A stretch of 64,000 bases of DNA from an uncultured Acidobacteriota bacterium (lineage in GTDB: Bacteria; Acidobacteriota; Thermoanaerobaculia; UBA5066; Gp7-AA6): positions 11,504 through 75,503 of the forward strand of contig CAVXTP010000001.1 in NCBI GenBank assembly GCA_963764715.1. Reading direction: 5' to 3'. Shown in pieces: positions 57,721 to 64,000 of the stretch (within the stretch, counting starts at the first letter, position 1; each line of letters opens with the position of its first letter). The notes beneath the pieces are model-generated. The model had not been told where the DNA came from, ran no database searches, and was given only the letters and a program-made list of their open reading frames with translations. Position numbers and translations under genes: made by a program.

Positions 57721-58383
57721 TCAGAGCAGTTCGTAGAGGAGGCGGTGGCCGCCTTCGAGCTGCGACTCCAGGCCGAGCCAGCCTCCGCCGGGCGCGTACC
57801 AGAGGTCGATCGCCATGCCCGGCGCCTTCAGCCGGTATCGTTCCGCCCGGGTCACCGCGCCGCGCACCGGGAACGTCTCCTCGCCCAGCGGTTGCACCTC
57901 GACGGCCACGAGTTCGCCCGTCTGGCTGTTCAGCAGCGACGAGCGCTCGAGGAACTCCGGGTTCCAGTAGGCGAAAGAGCTGACGCAGGACGGCCCTGCT
58001 CGCCGCGCGCCCCGGCTTTCGACGAGGAATTGATTCCCGGCCGAGGCCCCGCGCACTTCGTACGTTCTGCCGTTGTCGTCGGTGCGCGACTGGATGCTGG
58101 CCAGACAGCGATCGTCCCAGACCTCCACGGCCTCGTGCCGGTACTCGTAGGCCGTGACGAAGAGGAGCTTGACCTTGAGCGCGGCCTCGCTCCGAAGCAC
58201 TTTCCGCGAGCCCTCGGTCCGGAGAACGAAGTCGTGACGCCCCACCTCGCGCCCGTCGAGGAGAACGCGGAAGCGCCATTGCTGCGTCGGCTCCGCGTCC
58301 GCCCGGGCGGCCCGCGCCCCGTTCGGAGTGATCGCGCCGAGCACGGCCAGCGCGAGTGCGGCCAGAACGTTCCGCGACTTCAT
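57721..58383 (-). CDS. hypothetical secreted protein
   Basis: Signal peptide MKSRNVLAALALAVLGA. Start chosen inside a longer ORF. Confidence 0.4.
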   Translation of the reverse strand: MKSRNVLAALALAVLGAITPNGARAARADAEPTQQWRFRVLLDGREVGRHDFVLRTEGSRKVLRSEAALKVKLLFVTAYEYRHEAVEVWDDRCLASIQSRTDDNGRTYEVRGASAGNQFLVESRGARRAGPSCVSSFAYWNPEFLERSSLLNSQTGELVAVEVQPLGEETFPVRGAVTRAERYRLKAPGMAIDLWYAPGGGWLGLESQLEGGHRLLYELL

Positions 58384-58708
58384 GCGAGCCCCCTCCTGAC
58401 TGCCAGGAGCCGGCATTCTCCTCGACCTGGGGCTCGATGCGTGCAGGTTGTCCAGGTCGGAAAGGCCGGCGCCGCCGAGCCGTGGGGCTACCCGATCTCC
58501 CGCCCTTCCCGCCGCCCGGAGCGCCGGCGCCCGGGGCCGAGAAAGCTTTCGCCCACCAGGACCGTGACGCCGTCCGAGCGGAACGAGAAGGTGTGCCCCG
58601 CCGGGTTGTCGTCTCCGGCCGGAGGACGAATGCGGACCGGGGTGCCACCTACGCCGGCCGCCGAAGGCGTTCGATTCCCGCGAAGAACGTCGAAAGGTTC
58701 CAGGTCGC

Positions 58709-58846
58709 GCCCGTATGGGCGACCAACTCCAGCCGGCTTCGCGAGGGACGGCTGCGTCCCGCCGCAGCCCTCTCAAGGCGGCTCACTCTCAGGCGTCGCT
58801 CCGCGACGCGCGCGCCCCTTCTCGCGCGACACGGGGTCGTTTGGCG
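58709..58846 (+). repeat. tRNA-Glu-derived repeat unit, copy 2 (most diverged)
   Basis: GCGCCCGTATGGGCGACCA ... CAGCCCTCTCAAGGCGGCT ... GCGCGACACGGGGTCGTTTGGCG. An upstream 3'-end-like 25-mer lies at 58479-58503. Confidence 0.65.
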
Positions 58847-58877
58847 TTGCCGCCGAGCATCGGCGTCGTGAACGCGG

Positions 58878-60236
58878 TCAGAACTCGCGTGGCAGGCCCA
58901 TTTTTCTCAGGCGATCGTCAAAGCGCGGATCATCGCGCAGGCCATCCCAATCCGGTGCGACCGCCAGGTGAACCAGTGCCGGGTCGCGCTGTGCGATGGC
59001 CTGATCGAGGCAGTCGAACGCTTCATCGAGCCGGCCTGCTCCCCCGTAGATTCTGGCGCGGAAGAACGGCATCTTGAGCAACACGTCGAAGTCCAGCTGC
59101 GGGTTCGAGATTTGATCCACCCAGAATTGGCTCAGTCCGGAGAGGCCGGCCGTCGCGTACGCGTGCTGCGCTTCCGCGGTGACCTGCTTCACTACCGCCA
59201 GCCACTCTTCGGGTAAGCCGAACTCGATGGCATTGCGGACGGCCAGGGCCGCGAATCGATCGAGGTCGACGATCTTCAAATAGACGTAGCCAATGAATTG
59301 GCACGCCTGCGCATGCTTCGGGTTGACGTCAAGCGCTCGCCGGGCCCAGCCAAGCGCGTCGTCGTACTTCCGCTGGTGCCAATACGAGATGGCGATCTGC
59401 ACCAGAACGCCGGGCGATCGCGGATCGCGCGCGAGCGCCTGTTGCTTGCATCGCAGCCCGTCGTCGAGCCGCCCGAGCGCTTCCTGGAGCGACCCATACT
59501 GCAGGAGCGCCTCGGTGTGATCCGGATTGATTTCGAGCGCGCGTTGCAGGCTGCGCTCCGCCGCCGTCCAGTCCCACTCGCTGAGAAAAAGGACGGTGCC
59601 AAGGGCAACCTGCGCGTCCGCCGAGGCGCTGTCCATCGCCAGCGCGCGTAAGGCAGACGCCTTCGCCTCTGCAAACGCCTCCTGGTGCGGCACCCCGTGA
59701 GACGCTGCCAGCACGCACTGTGCGCGCGCCAGGCCGGCGTGCGCCGGCGCGTAGGTCGGATCGATCTCGATCGCGGAACGAAAGGCTTCCACGGCGGCCG
59801 GCAGTTCGAAAAACGAGTCGGACAACAGGTGAGACCGGCCGCGGCCGACAAGCTCGTAAAGTTCGACGGGTCGCGCCACGGCGCTCGATACGAATGGCCT
59901 CTCGTCCTCCGAATCAACCCTGACTGCAGCGATGAAGCGGTACCCGGACCCCGCCACCGTTTCGATATAGATCGGCCGGTGGGCGTCCTCGTGAAGCGCC
60001 TTGCGCAGCGCCGACATGTGAACCGTGAGACCGCCTTCTTCGACGAATGACTCGGGCCAGATGCGCTTCAGCAATTCGTCCTTCGTGACCAGGCGGCCCC
60101 GCTGTCGTACCAACGCAACCAGCACATCGTAGGCCTTCGGTGACACGCGGACGACTTCCGCGCCGCGCAGGAGCCGCCGCTCTCGCACGTCGAGCGTGAA
60201 TTCGTCGAAATGAAATACCTCACTGCTGGTGGCCAT
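58878..60236 (-). CDS. CadC/OmpR-type winged-helix transcriptional regulator with TPR repeats
   Basis: N-terminal DNA-binding winged helix (FDEFTLDVRERRLLRG...YRF), followed by TPR-like helices. Confidence 0.6.
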   Translation of the reverse strand: MATSSEVFHFDEFTLDVRERRLLRGAEVVRVSPKAYDVLVALVRQRGRLVTKDELLKRIWPESFVEEGGLTVHMSALRKALHEDAHRPIYIETVAGSGYRFIAAVRVDSEDERPFVSSAVARPVELYELVGRGRSHLLSDSFFELPAAVEAFRSAIEIDPTYAPAHAGLARAQCVLAASHGVPHQEAFAEAKASALRALAMDSASADAQVALGTVLFLSEWDWTAAERSLQRALEINPDHTEALLQYGSLQEALGRLDDGLRCKQQALARDPRSPGVLVQIAISYWHQRKYDDALGWARRALDVNPKHAQACQFIGYVYLKIVDLDRFAALAVRNAIEFGLPEEWLAVVKQVTAEAQHAYATAGLSGLSQFWVDQISNPQLDFDVLLKMPFFRARIYGGAGRLDEAFDCLDQAIAQRDPALVHLAVAPDWDGLRDDPRFDDRLRKMGLPREF

Positions 60237-60321
60237 CAGATTTCGGCGAATCTTAGCAAGTCCTTAAGGACGCGTCACGGCCGGGACAGCTGTCATGAAC
60301 GCGCTTTCAAAGGAGAAGAGA

Positions 60322-60855
60322 ATGATCACCCGATCGTTGGTCGCCTTCATTCTGAGCTGCGGATTCACGGCACTCTCACTCGCGCAAGCTCCACCAGAGC
60401 CCCCGAAGCCGGGCCCCGAGCAGAAGAAGTTGGAGTACTTCCTTGGCACTTGGAGGGTGGAAGGCGAGGTTAAACCGAACGACTACATGCCGGCCGGTAA
60501 GAGTGTCATCACCGCGACATATGCATTGGGTCCGGGGGGATTCTCTGTCGAGTCCCGAGGTGAAGGGGAAAATTACCCGACGACCCACGGAATCACGGCC
60601 TACGACAGCCAGGCGAAGCTCTACACGACATTTTATGCGAGCAGTGCCGGACTCGTGGGTGGCGGCACAGCAACGGTTGACGGAAATACCTGGACGTGGA
60701 TGCTTGAAGACAAGTGGCTTGGCCAAGCATTCAGAGGAAGAACGACAGTCACCGTCAAATCGGCGTCTCAGTACACGGCCAAGTATGAATATCTCGACCC
60801 GAACGGCAGTTATGTAACGCTCGTAGAAAGCACCGCCACCAAAGTCGCGCCTTAG
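60322..60855 (+). CDS. DUF1579-like secreted protein
   Basis: AAGGAG SD. Signal peptide. The local GC content is clearly lower than the surroundings. Confidence 0.5.
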   Translation: MITRSLVAFILSCGFTALSLAQAPPEPPKPGPEQKKLEYFLGTWRVEGEVKPNDYMPAGKSVITATYALGPGGFSVESRGEGENYPTTHGITAYDSQAKLYTTFYASSAGLVGGGTATVDGNTWTWMLEDKWLGQAFRGRTTVTVKSASQYTAKYEYLDPNGSYVTLVESTATKVAP

Positions 60856-61107
60856 AGACGCAGACACCAGCCGTTCGAAGTGGAGCAGAACCTGGTCCTC
60901 GCCCTAGAAGCGAAGCGGGCTCGCCTCCCAGATCCGGACTTGGCGTCTTATCCGAACCAGCTTCTCGATGCCTGCAGCGAGGTCTGGCAGGGGTTCACGG
61001 CGATCCTGGAACACGGCTTTCCAGGTCAACCTTCAGTCTTCCCAGCTGCGTGAGCCAGTCTTGGATCTGGTTTCAGCTGGGGCCAGATCAACCCCACTCC
61101 AAGTCTC

Positions 61108-61225
61108 ACGCCGCGTCCTGCGGATGCAGCCCTCTCAAGATGGCTGCCTTTGAGCGCGCCCTTTCGGGCGCGACACGGGTGAAATTGGCGCCGGGGGGTA
61201 CCCGGCGCCTTGTGTCTGCTCTTCG
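61108..61225 (+). repeat. tRNA-Glu-derived repeat unit, copy 3
   Basis: GCAGCCCTCTCAAGATGGCTGCCTTTGAGCGCGCCCTTTCGGGCGCGACACGGGTGAAATTGGCGCCGGGG. Confidence 0.7.
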
Positions 61226-61257
61226 CGCGCTCGCGCGCTCTCCCCGGAGGGGGACCC

Positions 61258-61722
61258 CTACTTCACCGTGAACGTCTTCGAAGGCCCGGGTTTCCCGTCC
61301 ACCGTGGTTTCGACCTTGTAGCTGCCCTTCGGCCAGCCCGACGGCTTCTGGATCGAGAACTCCGTCGTCGCCGGACCCGTGGGCGCGATGGTCCTCGAGT
61401 CTTCCTTGACCACCTGTCCATCGCCGAAGGTCCACTTCACCGCGATCACCGAAGCGGCCGCCGAGCCGTCCGTCGATACGGCGGCAAAGATCGTGTCTTT
61501 CGGCGAAAACGTGTCGGTCGGCGCCTGGACCTTCTTGTCGGGTCCGAGGGACTTCCCGAGCGAGAGATCCGTGACGGTGACGGCGGGGGCCGGGACGGCC
61601 GTCGGCACGACCGGGACGGGGGTGGGCATCGGGGCCGGGGCCTCTGCCTTCTTGCATGCGCTCAGAGCGACCGCCGAAGCCAGGACTGCCGCCACGAGGG
61701 CGGCGTGAGTACGTGTCGTCAT
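61258..61722 (-). CDS. hypothetical lipoprotein
   Basis: Lipobox LSAC. Pro-rich linker. Confidence 0.45.
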   Translation of the reverse strand: MTTRTHAALVAAVLASAVALSACKKAEAPAPMPTPVPVVPTAVPAPAVTVTDLSLGKSLGPDKKVQAPTDTFSPKDTIFAAVSTDGSAAASVIAVKWTFGDGQVVKEDSRTIAPTGPATTEFSIQKPSGWPKGSYKVETTVDGKPGPSKTFTVK

Positions 61723-61756
61723 CTGCTCTCCTTCTGCCTGGGAACGGCGCTGCCGC

Positions 61757-62023
61757 TCATTCGGGAATCCGGAGCTTCCAGCCCGGCTGGATGAGGTCCG
61801 GATTTTTCACGATGTCCCTGTTCGCTTCGAAAATCCGCTTCCACGAATTCGCGTTGCCGTAGAACTTCTTGGAAATCTTCGAGAGACTGTCTCCGCTCTG
61901 GACGACGTACGTTCGGGAGGTCTCGGCGGCCACTCCCGCCTTGTTCCCCGAGGGCGATGGCGCCGTCGACGAGCTTCCGGATTCGACGTCCGAGAAGTCC
62001 GGCTTGTTGGGGTCATCCGTCAT
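61757..62023 (-). CDS. LysM-domain protein
   Basis: C-terminal LysM motif (YVVQSGDSLSKISKKFYG...W..I...N). Confidence 0.6.
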   Translation of the reverse strand: MTDDPNKPDFSDVESGSSSTAPSPSGNKAGVAAETSRTYVVQSGDSLSKISKKFYGNANSWKRIFEANRDIVKNPDLIQPGWKLRIPE

Positions 62024-62069
62024 TCCATCCTCCTTCTCGACCCGTTTGCCGGGTCGGCAGTGTTCGTTC

Positions 62070-62318
62070 TCACGCCGGCTTGGCCGTGAACTTCCGGTAG
62101 ATCCAGGTGACGGCGATCGCGCCGATGACCGCCACGATGATCGTATAAATCAGGCCGCCTTCCGCCTTGAAGCCGAACAGGCTCATCAGGAAGCCGCCCG
62201 CCAGAGCTCCCACGAGGCCGAGGATGATGTCCATGAGAACTCCACCCCCGCCTCCCATGATCTTGCCGGTGAGCCATCCCGCAATCAGGCCCACGATCAG
62301 CCACCAGATGATGCCCAT
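62070..62318 (-). CDS. GlsB/YeaQ/YmgE-family transglycosylase-associated membrane protein
   Basis: 82 aa with Gly-rich TM helices (GIIWWLIVGLIAGWL). Confidence 0.7.
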   Translation of the reverse strand: MGIIWWLIVGLIAGWLTGKIMGGGGGVLMDIILGLVGALAGGFLMSLFGFKAEGGLIYTIIVAVIGAIAVTWIYRKFTAKPA

Positions 62319-62321
62319 GGC

Positions 62322-62879
62322 TCATCTCCTCGCCTGAGAAATCTTGGACATGAGGAGCGCCAGTGCGCCGGCGCCGATCGCCTTGACGAGCGTCGGGTGT
62401 TGCGCGTAAAAGCCCGCGGCCTTGTCCATGATTGACGGATCTCTTGTCGCCGCCTGCCGGGCGATCGTCTGGACCGCCTCGGGGCTCACATCCTGAGCCT
62501 GCTGCGGCGTCACGCTCTGGCCGGCGACCGCCCCGGCAAGGCCTCCGAGTCCCAGGGAACCCAGGATCTGGGAGCCGGCGGGACCGAGCGATGCGAGCAG
62601 CTGGTTGAGAAGTCCCGCTTTCTGATCGGGGTTGGACTGGCCGAAGAGCCCGGACACCATCTGCTCGAACGGCGGTGTTTGATCGGACTTGAAGGCGTGA
62701 CCGAGGCCGGCCGCGAGGCTCCCCTGCGGAACGGCGGAGGCCACTTGATCGTAGGCCGCGTGCACGTCGGAGTCCGATGCACTGCCACGGGTGAACTGAT
62801 CGACGATGCTGCCGAGGTTATCCATAAGACCCATGGCGTCCTCCTTACGATTCGATGATTCGTCGACATCGAGAAACAC
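62322..62879 (-). CDS. hypothetical protein (DUF937-like, Gly/Ala-rich)
   Basis: ORF adjacent to the upstream gene. Start uncertain; an alternative is MGLMDNL. Confidence 0.35.
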   Translation of the reverse strand: MFLDVDESSNRKEDAMGLMDNLGSIVDQFTRGSASDSDVHAAYDQVASAVPQGSLAAGLGHAFKSDQTPPFEQMVSGLFGQSNPDQKAGLLNQLLASLGPAGSQILGSLGLGGLAGAVAGQSVTPQQAQDVSPEAVQTIARQAATRDPSIMDKAAGFYAQHPTLVKAIGAGALALLMSKISQARR

Positions 62880-63037
62880 GCCGGCGAAACAGCGACAGTG
62901 GCGTTCGCCGTCCGCGACCTCGAGGAACCGAGTCTATAACCGGTTCCTAACCCCACCTCGAACGTGCCGGGGGGCAGGACCGGGCCGCCGTCCGCCGCAA
63001 GATCCTTTAAGAATCTTTCGACGTGGTTCCATCTCGG

Positions 63038-63165
63038 GCCCGTATGAGCTACTTGCTCTCTGCCGCTTCGTTAGTTACCCGCCGCGTCCTGCGGTCACGA
63101 CCCTCTCAAGGCGAATCCCTTTGAGCGCGCCCTTTCGGGCTCGATACGGGTTCGATTCCGGCATG
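63038..63165 (+). repeat. tRNA-Glu-derived repeat unit, copy 4 (begins with the 3'-end-like CCCGTATGAGCTAC)
   Basis: CCCGTATGAGCTAC...CGCTTCGTTAGTTACCCGCCGCGTCCTGCGG..ACGACCCTCTCAAGGCGAATCCCTTTGAGCGCGCCCTTTCGGGCTCGATACGGGTTCGATTCCGG. Confidence 0.7.
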
Positions 63166-63404
63166 TGTTCCGAAAGCGGCTTCAAAGAGATAATGGTCGT
63201 GTGAAGCACTCGTCGCCCAACCGCCGACCTCAGTCGGCTGCCGCAAAAGCTCGTGTCAAGGCCCTGAGTCGCGGCGAGGCGCCGGTCGTGCGCGACCCGG
63301 AGGAGGCTCGAGGGCTCCCCTTCGTATCCCCGGCCGAACGCCAGGCGGCGTTTGCCATGGCGGCCAGGAAACGGGCAGCCGAAGAGAAGCGCCGGAAGAA
63401 GTAG
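63165..63404 (+). CDS. hypothetical small basic protein
   Basis: ORF only. Its 5' end overlaps the repeat unit, so the real start is probably downstream. Confidence 0.2.
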   Translation: MFRKRLQRDNGRVKHSSPNRRPQSAAAKARVKALSRGEAPVVRDPEEARGLPFVSPAERQAAFAMAARKRAAEEKRRKK

Positions 63405-63417
63405 TCCTTCGGGCCAG

Positions 63418-64000
63418 CTACGCGCGTCCCCTCATCAGCTCGTTGATCTTGCCGTACGGCAGCTCGCTCTCGACTGCCGCCTCGAAGGCTCCCGTCTTCA
63501 GGAATGACTCCGCCAGCGCCTCGGTCCTCGCGAGGACGGCGCCGGCGATTCCCGATCCCGCGCTCAAGCGGCGGACGCCCAGGGCCTCGAGCTCGGCCGC
63601 GCCCGGCAGTCCGGGCCAGGCCAGGACGTTGACGGGCAAGAGCGACGCCTTCGCGACGGCGCGGATCTCGGCCGCGTCGACGATGCCCGGCACGAAGATC
63701 CCGTCGGCGCCGGCGGCCCGATAGCGCTCGGCCCGCGCGAGCGTCTCGGCGACGCGGCTTTCGGGGGGCACGAGACCTCTCAGGTAGACGTCCGTCCGGG
63801 CGTTCACGAAGAGATCGACACCGCGCTGCGCCGCAACGCGCCTGACGCTTTCGAGCTTGGCGCAGAGGAGGTCGGGCGACTCGTCGCCGTCCTCGAGGTT
63901 GATCCCGACAGCGCCCGCGTCGATCACCGCGCCGACGGTCGCACCGACCTCCGCCGGGTGGCTCGAGTATCCGCCCTCCACGTCGGCCGATACGGGGACC
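63418..64000 (-). CDS. isocitrate lyase/PEP mutase-family protein (methylisocitrate lyase / carboxyvinyl-carboxyphosphonate phosphorylmutase-like); N-terminus beyond the window end
   Basis: TIM-barrel ICL/PEPM motifs (GINLEDG, CAKLE..R). Confidence 0.6.
   Translation of the reverse strand, partial: VPVSADVEGGYSSHPAEVGATVGAVIDAGAVGINLEDGDESPDLLCAKLESVRRVAAQRGVDLFVNARTDVYLRGLVPPESRVAETLARAERYRAAGADGIFVPGIVDAAEIRAVAKASLLPVNVLAWPGLPGAAELEALGVRRLSAGSGIAGAVLARTEALAESFLKTGAFEAAVESELPYGKINELMRGRA

Noticed and set aside
61050-61271. 73-aa ORF (also 57038-57301 and 58356-58871) covering the repeat units
   Set aside because: They are translations of the tRNA-derived repeat, and the conservation between copies is at the nucleotide and structural level (covarying stems), not at the amino-acid level.
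56800-63200. CRISPR array hypothesis for the recurring CCCTCTCAAGG-containing repeats
   Set aside because: The units are 120-170 nt, degenerate, and spaced 1.4-2.4 kb apart, with protein-coding genes between them. No cas genes are present. They are tRNA-Glu-derived instead.

Overview
This is a 64 kb, very GC-rich (~70%) bacterial chromosomal window. The gene content and the expansion of receptor kinases are compatible with an Acidobacteria-like organism; that placement is inference only. From left to right it contains the following.

- Housekeeping and transport genes: a CaCA antiporter 3' end, an EamA transporter, a GAF/fRMsr-like protein, an O-methyltransferase, an M20 hydrolase, a sodium:solute symporter-family and an MFS transporter, and a 3-hydroxyacyl-CoA dehydrogenase.
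- A PadR-regulated, Tat-exported three-subunit molybdoenzyme of the xanthine dehydrogenase family.
- An mglA-mglB polarity GTPase pair next to the classical dnaX-ybaB-recR operon, with an SRP RNA (ffs) gene upstream of dnaX.
- An ECF sigma factor, a zinc-binding anti-sigma factor and a small membrane ORF, translationally coupled.
- A tRNA-Ser(GGA) gene with a mosaic repeat beside it.
- An 18 kb co-directional array of seven paralogous receptor-type Ser/Thr kinases, at 25.3-43.6 kb on the minus strand. Six carry a periplasmic TolB-like beta-propeller and one carries TPR repeats. Several junctions are ATGA start/stop overlaps.
- A DPP-IV-like S9 peptidase, htpX, and a MacA-like adaptor followed by three FtsX-type permeases, one of them frameshifted, with no ATPase gene.
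- tRNA-Arg, tadA, and tRNA-Ser(CGA) followed by two tandem ~170 nt units.
- An ABC-2 transporter pair.
- A tRNA-Glu(CTC) gene followed by about 6 kb in which four degenerate tRNA-Glu-derived direct repeats partition small accessory gene modules.

Several short palindromic repeat families and a heptamer tandem repeat are also present.

The two items most worth follow-up are the tandem kinase-propeller array and the tRNA-linked mosaic repeats that delimit gene cassettes. No integrase, CRISPR array or cas gene is visible in this window.
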